A DNA stretch of 64,000 bases from assembly GCF_036365525.1 (NCBI RefSeq), contig NC_090404.1, positions 6,758,001-6,822,000 on the forward strand. Direction: 5' to 3'. The first letter of the stretch is position 1. Every line of letters begins with the position of its first letter. Both the position numbers and the translations under genes were made by a program. Origin of the DNA: Heterodontus francisci (Eukaryota). The notes below the pieces were generated by a model. The model saw only the letters and a list, made by a program, of their open reading frames with translations, was not told where the DNA came from and did no database searches. Below, piece after piece: positions 26,200 through 40,251 of the stretch.

Positions 26200-26685
26200 G
26201 CAACCCGAGTGCATCTCACTCTCCAATCAGTATTCAGTTCTGAATACTAATAAAGGTTTTGGTTCATCTGGGGAGTGCAGCCAGATCCACGTCCACGGCA
26301 CCACGCTTGGCTCAGCTGGGCAGAGGGCGAAAAGAAGACTACAGGAGCCACAGGGATAGGAGATTCGATTGTTCGGGGAACAAACAGCGTTCTGTGGATA
26401 CAGATAAGAATCCAGGATGATGTGTTGCTTTCCTGGTGCCAGGGTCAAACATGTGACTGTATGTCTGCAGCGCACCCTGATAGGGAGATCGTAAACAGAC
26501 AGCAGTCGTGGTCCATATTGGTATCAATGACATTGGCAGAAAGGGGGATGTGGTCTTTTTAGTCTGAATTTAGGGAGATAGGTAGGAAATTAGCATGCAT
26601 GAGCTCAAAAGCAGTAATCTCCAGATTACTCTTAGTATCACGCGCAAGTAAGTATAGAAAGAGGAGGATAAAGCAGGTGAATATG
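26200..26685 (+). mobile_element. Decayed LINE ORF1 SGNH/GDSL esterase-like fragment
   Basis: Frameshifted peptides IGDSIVRGT, CFPGARV, VVVHIGINDIG. Confidence 0.65.
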
Positions 26686-26687
26686 TT

Positions 26688-29270
26688 TTTTATTTCATTG
26701 ATGGGATGTGGGCGTCGCTGGCTCGGCCATCATTTATTACCCATCACTAATGGCCCTTGAGAAGGTGGTAGTGAGTAGCCTTCTTGAACCGCTGCAGTCC
26801 ATGCAGGGTAGGGACACTCACAGTGCTTTTAGAAAGGGAGTCCCAGGATCTCCCCCCCAGCGACAGTAAAGGAACGGCGATATCGTTCCAAATCGGGATG
26901 GTGTGTGGCTTGGAGGGGAACTTGCAGGTGGTGGTGTTCCCAACAATTTGCTGCTCTTGTCTTTCAAGGTGGTAGAGGCCGCGGGTTTGGAAGGTGCTGT
27001 CAAAGGAGCCTTGGTGCGCTGCTGCAGTGCATCCTGTGGGTGGTACACACTGCTGCCACTGCGTGCAGTGGTGGAGGGAGCAAATGTTTGTGGATGTGGT
27101 GACAATCAAGCGGGCTGCTTTATCTTGGATGGTGTCGAGCAACTTGAGTCTTGTTGGAGCTGCACCCATCCAGGCAAGTGGAGAGTATTCCATCACACTC
27201 CTAATTTGTGCCTTGTAGGTAGCGGACAGGCTTTGGGGCGTCAAGAGGTGAGTTTCTTGCTGCAGGATTCCTCGCATCTGACCTGCTCTTGTAGTCACGG
27301 TATTTATATGGCTATTCCACTTCAGTTTCTGGTCAATGGCAACCCCCAGGATGTTGACAGTGGGGGATTCAGCGATGGTAACGTCATTGAATGTCAAGGG
27401 GAGATGGTTAGATTCTCTCTTGTTGGAGATGATCATTGCGTGGAACACCCTGCCTGCAACAGTAGTAGACTCGCCAACTTTAAGGGCATTAAAGTGGTCA
27501 TTGGATAGACATATGGATGAAAATGGAATAGTGTAGGTCAGATGGTCGGCGCAACATCGAGGGCCGAAGGGCCTGTACTGCGCTGTAATGCTCAAATTCT
27601 AATTCTAATTCTAATTGCCTGGTACTTGTGCGGCACGAAAGCTATTTGCTACTTATCAGCCCGAGCCTGGATATTGTCCAGGTCTTGCTGCATTTCTACA
27701 CGGACTGCGTCAGTACCTGAGGAGTCATGAATGGTGCTGCACATTGTGCAATCATCAGCAAACATCCCACTTCCGACCTTATGATTGAAGGAAGGTCATT
27801 GATGAAGCAGCTGAAAATGGTGGGGCCTAGGACATTAACCTGAGGAACTCCTGCAGTGATGTCCTGGAGCTGAAATAATTGACCTCCAACAACTACAACC
27901 ACAACCATCTTCCTTTGCGTTAGGTACGACTCCAACCAGCGGAGAGTTTCCCCCTGTTTCCCATTGACCTCAGTTTTGCTAGGGCTTCTTGATGCCATAC
28001 TCGGTCAAATGTTGCCTTGATGTAAAGGGCAGTCACTCTCACCTCACCTCTTGCATTCAACTCTTTTGTCCATGCTTGAACCAAGGCTGTAAAGATGTCA
28101 GCAGCTGAGTGGCCCCGGCGGAACCCAAACTGAGCGTCACTGAGCAGGTTATTGCTAAGTAAATGCTGCATTGTCGCACTTTCGACGGCACCTTCCATCA
28201 CTTTACTGATGATTGAGCGTGGACTTGTGGGGAGGTGGGGTGGGGGGGAGGTGGGGAGGCGCGGGTAATTGGCTGGGTTGGATTTGTCCTGCTTTTAGAG
28301 TACCAGACATACCTGGGCAACTTTCCACATTGCCGGGCAGATGCCAGTATTGTAGCTGTACTGGAACAGCTTGACGAGAGGAGCAGCAAGTTCTGGAGAA
28401 CAGGTCTTCAGTACAATTGCCGGGACGTTGTCAGGTCCCATACACTTTGCAGTATCCAGTGCCTTCAGTCTGGCATCTGTGATGCTGGGGACTTCAGGAG
28501 GAAGCTGAGATGGATCATTCACTTGGCACTTCTAGCTGAAGATTATTGCAACTGCTTCAGCCTTATCTTTTGCACTGATGTGCTGGGCTCCCCCATCATT
28601 GAGGATGGGGATATTTGTGGAGCCACCTCTTTCGGTTCGTTGTTTAATTGTTCACCACCATTCATGGCTGGATGTGGCAGGACTGCAGATCTTAGATCAT
28701 ATCCGTTGGTTATGGGATCGTTTAGCTCTGTATATCGCATGCTGCTTACGCAGGTTTGGCAAACAAGTAGTCATGTGTTGCAGCTTCAGCAGGTTGACAC
28801 CCCATTTTGAGGTATGCCTGGTGCTGCTTCTGGCTTGCCCTTTTGCACTCTTCATTGAGCCAGGGTTGGTTCCCTGAATTTCCTTCAATCATAAGATCAG
28901 AAGTGGGGATGTTCGCTGATGATTCACAATGATAGAGTGGGGAATACGCTGGGCCATGAGGTTACAGATTGCAGTTGTAAAATTCTGCTGCTGCTGATGG
29001 CCCACAGCACCTCAGGGATGCTCAGTTTTGCATTGCTAGGTCTGTTCGAAATCTATCTCATTTAACACGGTGGTCGTGCCACACAACGATGGAGGGTATC
29101 CTCATGATGAAGACGGGACTTTGTCTCCACAAGGACTGTGCAGTGGTCACTCGTACCAATATTGTCATGGACAGATGCATCTGCGGCAGACAGATTGCTT
29201 AGGACAAGGTCAAGTATATTTTTCCCTCCTATTGGTTCATTCACCGCCTGCCAAAGACCCAGACCTAACA
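26688..29270 (-). mobile_element. Second non-LTR LINE family (EN/RT remnants), with a nested CR1 3' tail at about 27436-27614 (+)
   Basis: ILDLVLSN, GPDNVPAIVLK, QFGFR, FDRVWH, GVPQ..VLGPTIFSCFINDLP, VMEYSPLAW. Confidence 0.85.
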
Positions 29271-29313
29271 GAACACGGTATCTGTACGAAGAATGCCGAG
29301 GTATTTTTCTGTG

Positions 29314-30045
29314 TAGGTTTCAAGAAACAGTAGTACAGGGCGCTGTCAGCGAGCTGCAGCCCAGTCAGGATGAGAACAGCTAGAATTGTGAACGTTTCCA
29401 GAATGACCGTTAACTTCGTACATTCCATAGGAATATGCCTGAATTCCGAAAGTGGAAGCCATGTTCTGGCTCTGACGATAAAGCTGCACAGAAGACCTCA
29501 CATTGGAGTTTGAATAGATACAATTAATGCTCATCGAAACTCCTTCCAAATATTGGGCTTCTGTTGGCCACTGCCTGACAGAGTGTCCATAACTCACTCC
29601 TGCAAAAAATATTCCTGGTTAACCATGGATGCAGAACNNNNNNNNNNNNNNNNNNNNNNNNNNNNNNNNNNNNNNNNNNNNNNNNNNNNNNNNNNNNNNN
29701 NNNNNNNNNNNNNNNNNNNNNNNNNNNNNNNNNNNNNNNNNNNNNNNNNNNNNNNNNNNNNNNNNNNNNNNNNNNNNGCTTCTCATTTTTAAGGAAACCT
29801 TGGTGCGGAGACAAATGAAGCAGCCGAAGATGAATTGATTGACTAACAGGGGAAGAGTGGGATAGTTGGAAATATAATAATACAGGCAGATAGGTAGACA
29901 GAGAAGCTAATAGAACTAGAGGTAGGTGAATGTACGTCAGTTCTATCAGTTGTGGAATGTGCAGAAAGACGCAGTAATAAACACAAATATAACAATCAAA
30001 CAACAATACCAGAGGAGCCCAAAAAGCGAAAAGCTCAAACTCCAT
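29314..30045 (-). pseudogene. TCR alpha/delta-type V pseudogene 1 (V exon 29314-29599; putative leader 29997-30045 across the gap)
   Basis: CAG|GVSYGHSVRQWP...SINCIYS...VQLYRQ, a frameshift, then LTGLQLADSALYYCFLK. RSS remnant CACAG(TG lost) + 23 + ACAGATACC at 29277-29313. Leader-like MEFELFAFWAPLVLLF has a non-GT donor. Confidence 0.8.
29638..29777. other. Assembly gap (140 N)
   Basis: Run of N. Confidence 1.
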
Positions 30046-30084
30046 AATGGCCACAGTATCCCCACACTGGGACCCCGCAGTTCA

Positions 30085-31245
30085 ATATTCAGATAAAAGG
30101 TTAATAGGCAAGTTAAGGGCTTATTGAGTTGAGGGTAATATATTAACATGGATAGAGGATTGATTTATGGACAGGAAACAAAGAGTGGCCATGAATAAGG
30201 CATTTTCAAGTTGGCAGGCAGTGAATAGTGGAGTGCCACAAGGATAAGCTCTGGGGCCTCAGCTATTTACAATCTATATTAATGACATAGATGAAGAAAC
30301 AGAGGGTAATGTATCTAAGTTTGCTGCTGCTACAAAAATGGATGGAAAGGTAATCTGTCGGGAGGATACAGAGAGGCTGCAAAGAGATATAGACGGGTTA
30401 AGTGAGTGGGCAACAAGATGGCAGATGCAATATAATGTAGGGAAGTGTGAAGTTATTCGCTTTGGCGGTGAGAATAGAAAAGCAGAATATTTTTTTCAAG
30501 GTGTGAGACTTGTCAGTGTTGATGTTCAAAGAGACTTGGGTGTACTTGTGCAAGGAACACATACAGTTAACATGCAGGTACAGCAAGCAATTAGGAAGGC
30601 AAATGGCATGTTGGCCTTCATTGCAAGGGGATTGGAGTACAGGAATAAAGAAGTCTTACTAAAATTGTACAGGGTTTGGTGAGACCGCACCTGGAATACT
30701 GGTTGCAGTTTTGGTCTCCAGATTTAAGAAAGGATATACTTGCACTGGAGGCGGTACAGCGAATGTTCACTAAATTGGTCCCTGGGTTGAGAGGATTTTC
30801 TAATGATGAGAGGTTGAGTACATTGGGCCTATATTCTCTGCAGTTTAGAAGAATGAAAGGCGATCTCATTGAAACATTCAAGATTCTGACGGGGCTGAAT
30901 AGGATAGGAACTGTGAGATTGTATTCGTGGATCGAGGAATCTAAAACACGGGGACACAGTCTCAGGATAAGGGAACGATCATTTAGGACTGAGATGAGGA
31001 GAAATTACTTCATTCAAAGGGTTGTTATTCTTTGGAATTCTCTACCCAAGAGGGTTGTGGATGCTCCATCGTTGAATCATTTTTAGACTGGGTAGGCAGT
31101 TTTTTCGTATCTCAGGGAATCAAGGGATATGGGGAGCGGACAGGAAAGTGGAGTTGAAGTCTAAGATCAACAATGATTGTATTGAATGGCGGAGAAGGCT
31201 CTATGGCCCATATGGTCTACTCCTGCTCCTATTTCTTGTATCCTT
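30085..31245 (+). mobile_element. CR1-like LINE 3' fragment
   Basis: WQMQYNVGKCEV, RPHLEYWLQFWSP, WNSLP and a CR1 tail. Confidence 0.88.
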
Positions 31246-31870
31246 GAATGTGAAGATCTGAGACAGAGGACCCGTAAGATCACCGAATTGGCACAATATT
31301 TGTGAAGAATCATACTTATTTCACCGACAATGTTGTATAACTTTGACCCGTTGATAGTGAAGGAAGGAGAACGGGTGCAATGATCAGTGAGATGATGTCA
31401 GTCAGGTGTTGACTTGGCTCATGTGCTTTTTTGTATTCATTCCCCGGACCTGGTTGGCGCCGTTAAGACCGGCATTTATTTTTCATTTTTACTTGCACTT
31501 TTACAATTGACCGTCCTGTGAGGCCACGACACAAAGCTGTTAAAGTGTACGACGATAGTTTTGGGGCTGGAGTCTTCATCTCAGGGCAATTGGAGACCGG
31601 AAATAAATGCGGCCTCATCAGCAAGAACCGCAGCCCAAGAATAAATTGACCCCCATTTCTGGTAACCAGTCAGAGGTAGTCTCCCTCTCTCATAGGTCAT
31701 ATTATCTCGAGGGCTGTGAGCTGATGGGCCCAATTGGTTTAACTTGGAGCACGTGATTTATCATTGAAGTGTATTGCTGTGAGCTGCCAATGCTTCACAG
31801 CAAAGGAGAGAGTTATGGAAGTCAGTTGTACCCGGAAAAAAATACACACTGGCTGGAACTTTCAGAGATC

Positions 31871-32324
31871 ATGTATTCCGAATTCATCCTTCTTATTACC
31901 CTCACCTGCATAACATTTGGTCAGTCTTGAAAGGTTGTCATAGTCCAAACCGTTCTTAAGCACAGGTTCTTAATCAACTCACAATTACTCGTAATCTATA
32001 CCTTCAATCTTTCCACCAGATCTGAGTCAGGGAGATTCTGTGGCTCAGGATTGTAGTCCTGAAAATGGGACAGACTTTGAGAATGTAATGTAGCTAGTCG
32101 CCAACAGCAGGCGTGCAATCTGTACTGGCACCGGAAGTATCCTGATACTCCCCCGGAGATGATCGTGTGGTGAAGTTCTCGTAACAGTCAGGGAAAAGCA
32201 AAAAAATATTGGGAAACATTTCATTTCTGAACTAAACCCATAGTCAAAAGTGTCTATTTTAACCAGTGACGTCCAGCTCAGTAACACGGCGCTGTACATT
32301 TATGGATTCGCCCCATCATTCCGA
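31871..32324 (+). pseudogene. TCR alpha/delta-type V pseudogene 2 (leader 31871-31919; V exon from 32020)
   Basis: MYSEFILLITLTCITF + G|GTCAGT. CAG|DLSQGDSVAQ..., LYWHRKYPDTPPEMIVW, ILTSDVQLSNTALY. Several stops and frameshifts. Only a nonamer-like TTAAAAACT (32355-32363) remains. Confidence 0.75.
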
Positions 32325-33054
32325 TACATTCCTATAACCCAGCCCTCCTCTTGTTTAAAAACTGTTGTGGTCTGTTGTGGCAGAGGCTGAGTTTCAGTTC
32401 GGTCAGATAGAGGTGCAGCACAGAGTGCAATTCCTGAGATCTGAATCGTGCTATCAAACAGCACAGCAAGAGGTCTTTGCCTATCTCTCTCTGTTGGTGT
32501 CTCTGTATCACTCAATGTGCTCAGTCTCACCTTTATCTCTCTCCCTCTGTTTGTGTCTCTCTGTATCACTGTGTACAGTTTCAATTTTATCTGTCTCCCA
32601 TTGTACTCAGTTTCACCATTATCTATATCCCTATGTAGGTGTTGCCATATCTCCATGTGACACTCTGCAGTCTACAGACTCTGTGAGGTACTGCCGGACA
32701 GATTTGAGGGACGTTTGAGTGTCAGAAACCTCTGATTGGAGCATTGAGTGTTGATTTTAATGGAATATACGGTAGCAGGAAGGATGGTTTCGCCGATCGA
32801 TCTGATTCTGTGCTGAATCTGTGTGTCCGATTGGATTCTGCAATTTTTTTCTCAGCCGCTCCTGGAAACAGTTGGGTGACAGTTTGATCCGTGGTTAATT
32901 TGGTTTCCTCTCGGTATGTATTTGAGCGCCTGACAGCATGCTGCACATTGTGGCTGCACCTGCCCGTGATTCTACACAATCCCCAGACAGGAGCACCCAC
33001 CCACAGTCCAAGGGCAGTTTTTGTACAGGGGTGAGACTGCTTTCCATCACTGTT

Positions 33055-33513
33055 AGTCTGAAGGCGCAGTAATACACGGCTAAGTCAGTCAGCTGCAGAC
33101 CCGAGATGGTTAAATTGGTGAATTTAGTCGCGGTCTGGAGCTCAGCAGAGAAACGAATTCCAACATTTTCTCCTTTCAGTTATCGTGTCCCAAAACCGTC
33201 TCCACACAACAAACTGAGGGTATTTTTCTGTTTGTTGCCGATACCAATATAACTAATACCTGTCTCTCACTGGTCCATTAGGTACATCTTCTAGTCACTG
33301 CTTCACCTTCTCTCGCTCTCTCTGAAGACTGGGACTGAGTAAAAGTATCACCATCACTTTGATCTGTAACATGTGTTCAGGAAGAAGACAAGATCGAGAA
33401 TTAAAAGGCGTTACTGAAATAATATTGACACAGTAGTTTGGAGGCAACATAATTGAAGTCATCCTTACCAAGAATAAACACCGCAACACAACCCAGGCAC
33501 TGAATATCCGCAT
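33055..33513 (-). pseudogene. TCR alpha/delta-type V pseudogene 3 (leader 33469-33513; V exon 33055-33363)
   Basis: DTFTQSQ...EGEAVTRRCT-stop, YWYRQQTEKYPQFVVW, RFSAELQ...LTISGLQLTDLAVYYCAFR. Frameshifts. RSS AACAGTG + 23 + ACAAAAACT at 33016-33054. Confidence 0.9.
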
Positions 33514-34339
33514 GGCCACTGACCAGACGGAACCTGTCGGTCTCTTTAAAAGGCCAATCCTGCACTGGAACAGTTCCATCAGAGACTCCTGTTGGTTAAC
33601 GTCACTTCCTGGTTCCATTGTTCCCCTCGGATGAAGCAATGAACAGTCCACCCACCATATATTGAAATGAGATTTTAATGAGGGTCAAAGCTCTTTTGGG
33701 CCACTGAAAGAAGTATCTCATGGTGGAGTCAGTGAGTCAGTGAGTGCAGTCTGTGATGTGAAGAAAGCATGTTCTTTCCTGAGGATTGGGTTTATTTAAC
33801 AGGCCTGAATCAGTCACACTGAGTGTTTGTTTATGTTCATCGAGAGCATCAGCTTCATTATCATACACTTTCCCTGTTTACACTGAACTACCCCCTTTGT
33901 GGGATGGACGTCCTCTGGTCGCTATCTCTAGCAAAACAGTGATCGCATTTAAAAGAATGAGCTTGCGTTTTCATTTAATCAGTTTTCACAAGAGATTTCC
34001 CCAGCGAGACCAGAGGAAATCTTCACCTTGTGTGTCCCCAACAGAAGGTTCATCAAACCAACCCCCCGGCACCCACCTTAGTCACATTAATCTACATTCA
34101 AACCCTGCCTTTATCTCTTTGAGATAGTATCTTCCCGCCATCATCTGACAGTGTTGCTAATTTCCCGAAGGATATTCAGCGCCTGGGTTGCATTTGCGGT
34201 GTTTAATCTTGAGTCCGTTCCCCAAATATCTACGGAGCCTGTGAGAATAATGTTCGAGTGTAACTAACAGGAGCGCCATCCAACTGTGCTGAAATTAATC
34301 AGGATTGGGATTATGGTGGTTAGTGACATAGAGAAAAGT

Positions 34340-35867
34340 TTTCTTTTATTCTTTCATGGAATGTGGGTGTCGCTGACAGTCCAGCATTTGTTACCCATCC
34401 CAAATTGCCCAGAAACTGAGTTCAGAGGGCAGTTAAAAGTCAACCACATAGCAGTGGGTCTGGAGTCACATGTAGGCCAGGCCAAGTAAAAATGACAGAA
34501 AAAAAGGAAAATACTGCTGATGCTGGAGTCTGTAATAAAAGTAAGAAATGCTGGAAATACTCAGCAGGTCTGGCAGCATCTGTGGAGAGAGAAGGAGAAT
34601 TAACCTTTCAGGTCAGTGACCCTTCATCAGACAAATATTAGAAATGTAAAAGGTTTTAAGCAAGTAAAGCGGGGTGGGACAAGAGGTAACAAAAGAGAAG
34701 GTGTTGATAGGAGAAGATCACAGAGAATAACCGGCCAGAAGGTCATGGATCAAAGGCAAACCGGATGTGAATAGTCTGCTGAAAGACAAAGCATTAGTAC
34801 AGAGGGGGTGTGAATTGACTGTCAAATGAAAAGCCCTGGCTGCAAGCACAAACATAACAAAATAATGGGTAGGCACAGTGGAAACAAACTAAATAAACTA
34901 AAATCAAATAAACAAAGAAAAAATAAAAAAAAATAAAAATTAAATTAAAAGGGGCGGGGGCGGGGGTAGGGGTGGGGGGGGGGGGGTGGGTGGTGGTGGT
35001 GGGGGGGCGGGAAGGGGCGTCATGTTCTGAAATTATTGAACTCAATGTTCAGTCCGGCAGGCTGTAATGTGCTTAATCGGTAAATGAGATGCTGTTCCTC
35101 GAGCTTGCATTGATGTTCACTGGAACACTGCAGCAATCCCAGGACAGAGATGTGAGCATGAGAGCGAGGGACGGGGTTGGGGTGTTGAAATGGTGAGCAA
35201 TCGGAAGCTCTGGGTCATGCTTACGGACTGAGCGGAGGCATTCAGCAAAGTGATCACCCAATCTGCATTTGGTCTCCCCAGTGTAGAGGAGACCGCATTG
35301 TGAGCAGCGAATACAATATACTACATTGAAAGAAGTGATTGGGGCCTTGGATAGTGAGGAGAGAGGAGGTCACAGGGCAGGTATTGCACCTCCTGTGATT
35401 GCAGGGGACGGTGCTGTGGGAAGAGGAAGAGGTGGTGAGGGGTAATGGAAGAGTGGACCAGGGTGTCGCGGAGGGAACAATCCCTTTGGAATGCTGACAG
35501 GGGAAGGGAGGGGAAGATGTGTTTGGTCGTGGCATCACGCTGGACGTGGCAGAAATGGCGGAGGATGACCCTTTGGATATGGAGGCTGGTGGGGTGGAAA
35601 GAGAGGACAAGGGGAACTCTTGGCAGGTTTCCTTCCCTGGAGGACATTCGTGAACCAGATGTGTTTTTACGACAATTGATGATAGTTTTTATGGCGCCAT
35701 TACTGAGACTAGCTTTCAATTAATGATTTCCAATTCATTTTGCATCAATTAATTGAATTTAAATTCCAACCGCTGCCTTGGTGGGATTTGAACTCAAGTC
35801 TCTAGGCCATTACCTTGAGCATCTGCACTACTAATGCAGTGATATTACCACTACATCACCGTCTCCT
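34340..35867 (-). mobile_element. Second tRNA-derived SINE family, split by the Penelope insertion
   Basis: tRNA-like head with GAGTTCAAATCCC near 35780-35865. The 3' tail at about 34340-34400 resembles the tail of the second LINE family (26688, 50958). Confidence 0.55.
34500..35620 (-). mobile_element. Penelope-like retroelement remnant (GIY-YIG region plus terminal repeat)
   Basis: PLVLSFHPTSLHIQRVILRHF...RDCSLRDTLVHS, CSQCGLLY.GETK, GDHFAECLRSVRK...HFN. The 3' end carries CTGATGA-AGGGTCACTGACCT-GAAA (34604-34630). Confidence 0.8.
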
Positions 35868-37509
35868 CCTTAAAGTCCTAACCCGGGTTACAGTCCTACC
35901 TCCATGGGTGTACCCTCCATTCCACATTTTCATATTTAAGGCATTTTTCGTTCAAGCGGTAGCTTTGCAAAACTACCAATTCCTTCAGTGGCTTTAGGTT
36001 TTCATTGCACTAGGGATGGACATAAAATGCTTGTCTTGCCAGCGACGCATACATCCCAGGAAAAAATTAAAATATTATCAGCAACTCATTCATCAGCGTG
36101 GTAGGGAGAGATTATGATGGTGAATATCAGAGAATAACCGACAAGGATGATGGTTTAATCGGCCTCACAGCACCGCCGGATGAGCTACTGCAAAGCCCGA
36201 ATGTCCACTCAAATCTCTTACTCTCATCTGCTTGATCGGAACAACTTTAAAGAACACACACAAACTGTTTGCTTTAGACATAATTTTTGCATATCAATTA
36301 TTTAACCAAATTCCCTTTAGCTTTTGAATATTACTATTAAATCTGCTTCTACTGGCCTATCAGGCGGTGCATTCCAGATCATAACAGAGCATGGCATAAA
36401 AATGTTGTTCCACATGTCTACAGCAACAACTTATATTTATATAAAACCGTTAATATAATGAAACGTCCAACCAGCAGGTAGCGTCAGTGATCCTGCTGAG
36501 GCCAATGTTGTTGAGCACAAAGGTCACCGACTGTTCGGTCAGAACCAGGAATATTACTTTTAATCAATATTAATTATACTCAGATCACTGCACAGCCCAA
36601 TAAAGTGGGAGAGGGGACGAGGCGATTTTTTTTTATACAGCGAGTTGTTATGAGCTGGAATGAATTCCCTGATTCAGATTCAATAGTAACTTCTAAATGC
36701 AGATAGGATAATTACTTGACAAGGGGAAATGTTCTGGGCTTCGAAGAAAGATCAGGAGAGTGGAACTGATTGGATAGCTCTTTCAAAGAGTCTTCACCGT
36801 GGGCCGAATAGCCTCCTTCTGTGCTGTCAGATTCCATGATTCAATGAATTTCAATTGCATCAGTTTTGTAATTGTGCTCCGGAAGTTGCTATTTGTGATA
36901 TTAGTATATGGAAGTTTAACAGCAATGACGTAATATAATGTTAATGTAAAATTATTGATAGAAAATGGCGGCTGAATATATTAAGCATTTTAATAGCAGC
37001 TTGAATAAAGTGATTTGACTCTGATTTCAGAATCAGTAGATTGCGGATTCCACCTCAAATTCAGAACCTGAGCATATTAACTAGTTTTCCAATTGGTGCA
37101 GTGCTGAAAGGGTACAAACGTTCCGGGGACAATGTGAAACAATAATCTTTCCACCACCCCTTTTCTGTTGAGGTGGGCATTAAAGCTCCCATGGTTCCAT
37201 GCTGTGTCCTGGTCAACATTCCTCCCTTTAATCGAGATCAACAAAATGCCATTAACGGGAATTGAAAACTATGCTCTATTGTTGATGTTTATGTGCACAA
37301 ATCGCCACGTTCATCTGTAATTAGTTACACTTCAAATACGTTGTTAACTCCCGCAGAGGATAATGAGCTGAGACATCAGTGCAAGTTGTATCACTGTCTC
37401 ACCTTTAAAAATTGCCCTCTGTTGGTGTCTCTCTTTATCACTGTGATTAGTCTCTCCTTTATCTGTGTTCCTCATTTGGCAGCTCTGTCACTGTGGTGTA
37501 CCTGAACTT

Positions 37510-38688
37510 CCACAAAACATTTGACAAAGTGCCGCACAACAGACTTGTGAGCAAAGTTATAGCTCATGGAATAAATGGGACAGCAGCAACATGGATACGA
37601 AATTAGCTGGTTGACAGAAAACAGACAGTAGTGGTTAATGGATGTTTTTGGACTGGCGGAAGGTTTATAGTGGAGTTCCCCAAGGGTCGGTGTTAAGACC
37701 TCTGCTGTTCCTGCTATATATCAATGACCTAGGCCTTGCTGTACGGGGCAAAGCGTCAAAAGTTGCGGATGATACAAAACTTGGAGACATTGTGAATTGC
37801 GAGGACGATAGTGTAGAACTTCAAAAGGAAATGGACAGGTTGGTGAAATGGGAAGACAAGTGAGAGACGAAATTTAAAGCAGAGAAGTGTGAAGTGATTC
37901 ATTTTGGTAGGAAGAACACGGAGAGACGATATAAAATAAAGGGTACAATTCTAAAGGGGGTGCAGGAGCAGTGGGACCTAGATGTATATGTGCATAAATT
38001 ATTGAAGGTGACAGGACAGGTTGAGAGTGCGGTTAATAGAACATACAGTATCCTGGGCTTTCTTAATATGGGCATAGAGTACAAAAGCCATGGAGTTATG
38101 TTAAGCTTATATAGAACACTAGTTCGGCCTCAGCTGGAGTATTGTACCAGTTGTGGGCGCGACACTTTAGGAATGATTTGGAGGCATTGGAGAGAGTGCA
38201 GAAAAGATTCACGAGAATAGTTCCAGGGATGAGGAACTTCAGTTGCGTGGATAGATTATAGAATTTGGGATTGTTTTCCTTGGAGAAGAGAAGGTTGAGA
38301 GGAGATTTGATAGAGGTATTCCAAATCATGAGCAGTCTGGCATAATAGATAGAGAGAAACTGCTCCCATTGGTGGAAGGATCGAGGACAGGAGGGCACTG
38401 ATTTAAGGTAATTGGCAAAAGAAGTAATGGCGACATGAGCAAAAACGTTTTCATCAGCGAGTGGTTCAGATGTGTAATGCACTGCCTGAGAGTGTGGTGG
38501 AGGCAGGTTCAATCGAGGCATTCAAAAGGGAATCAGACTGTTACATGAAAAGGAAAAATGTGCAGGTTTCGGGGGAGAAGGCGGGGCAGTGGCACGAGGT
38601 AAATGGCTATTTCGGAGAGCTTGCGCAGTCACCAATGGCTGAATGGTCTCCTTCTGTGCTGTAACATCTTTGTGATTCTGTGATTCTC
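37510..38688 (+). mobile_element. CR1-like LINE 3' fragment
   Basis: SGVPQGSVL, ADDTKLG, RPQLEYC and a (GATTCTGT)n tail. Confidence 0.88.
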
Positions 38689-39218
38689 TAACAGAATGGA
38701 TGTTAGAATTTGTACAAGTGACCAGATTATGTATATTTTTATCAACAGACTATCGAGTGTTACAGAGACAGGTTGGAGAATCCCCTCCACTCAGGACAGG
38801 TGAACTCACCAATTTAATGCGAATGGCTCTTGGAGCGCAATAAGACTTAAAAAACCGAGTTTCTGATAGACAAGTCCCAGATCCGCCAGTGGGTGAAGCT
38901 ATCTCCAGGAACCTGGGCTCAGCAATTAATGGCCGACTCTGTGTGTGACCTGTATAATGCTGGCAGAGATCAGCTTCTTCACACAGAGGCTGCAGGGTGA
39001 TTACTGCTGCTTTGCCGCCATCTGCTGCAATAAATCAGCATTTCACCACTGCAATTTTTCCTTCAATCGGAGAATTTTTGTTTAGGAGTTCATTTTGTAA
39101 GACATTGAAAAGGAGACTACACAAAATCCGTAGTGATAGTTATATAATTGGTACAGGACAATGCCCAGTACACAGACAGATTGTTAAGAATCAAACTTGA
39201 TAAGGCAATAGATACTGC

Positions 39219-39378
39219 AGCAAAAACAAGAAATGCTGGAAATCTGAAACAAAAACAAGAAATGCTGGAATCACTCAGCAGGTCTGGCAGCATCTGTGGA
39301 AAGAGAAGCAGAGTTAACGTTTCGGGTCAGTGACCCTTCTTGTTTCAGATTTCCAGCATCCGAAGTATTTTGCTTTTA
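39219..39378. mobile_element. Penelope-derived short insert with inverted ends
   Basis: TGCTGGAAATCTGAAACAA ... TTGTTTCAGATTTCCAGCA. Flanked by CAATAGATAC direct repeats. Confidence 0.7.
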
Positions 39379-40251
39379 CAATAGATACAGCAGTATTGAC
39401 ATGACCCGTTCCAATTGGGAGCAGAGTTGATCTCTTGTTCTGCACTTACTCAAACACCGACCTTTCATGGTATTTGAACTGTCATGTATTGTATATTTTA
39501 TAGTCTTAGTCACATCTTGCTAATGTGATAACATTTCACTGTATTCAATTTACTATTAATTAATACTAAACCCTTTAATTAAATCATACCAATCGCTTTA
39601 GTGAGTCTGCACATCCTTTTATGGTCGTTGTACAGTGTCCTTTTCAGGGTTCGTGCTTTACTATTGCAACCTTTCTGATGCTGCTTCTATCAACGTTTTG
39701 GATTCAGACCAACTGGCCCGGTGCCTAGAACACACCACGCCTGTCCTTACAGATTATTATTCCATTAATCATTGTTCATCAGCTTCTAATCCTGTCCTGA
39801 AAATGACCCCTTAGAACCTGATTAGATTGTAAATTCTTTGTTTTAATATGTATAAGTGCCTTTAACATTGAGAAGAAGTTACTGAATGTAATTTCTCCTT
39901 TCAGTTTATTTCCAGCCGACTGGAGTGTCAGGTCTGGTTGCGACTATGGCACAGAACCAGAAGTAGTTTTCTATTTGTTTCACTCAGGTTTAAGTTTAAG
40001 GATTAGAACAAACAATTCAACCAGACATCTTACTGTGAAATTAACTTAAAGATTGTTACATTAATCATAAATATTAATCTTGTGCTGTATTGTTAGTTGC
40101 ATAGCTGTTGATTTGGCTGCTTTTACACTCACACTCTCCTGTGATAAATACTGACTCTCCCCTTACACCCCACACAGCCCGCCATTCCGTTCACGTTGAC
40201 ACATTGCGGCTGTGTTTTTGTACGAGGCTCCCTCTGGGTCCTGTCACTGCG

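Noticed and set aside
29524-30054. ORFs spanning the N gap
   Set aside because: They are open only because of the N bases.
31350-31385. LIVKEGERVQ resembling a V FR1
   Set aside because: No Cys, WY or YYC motifs follow, and there is no leader or RSS.
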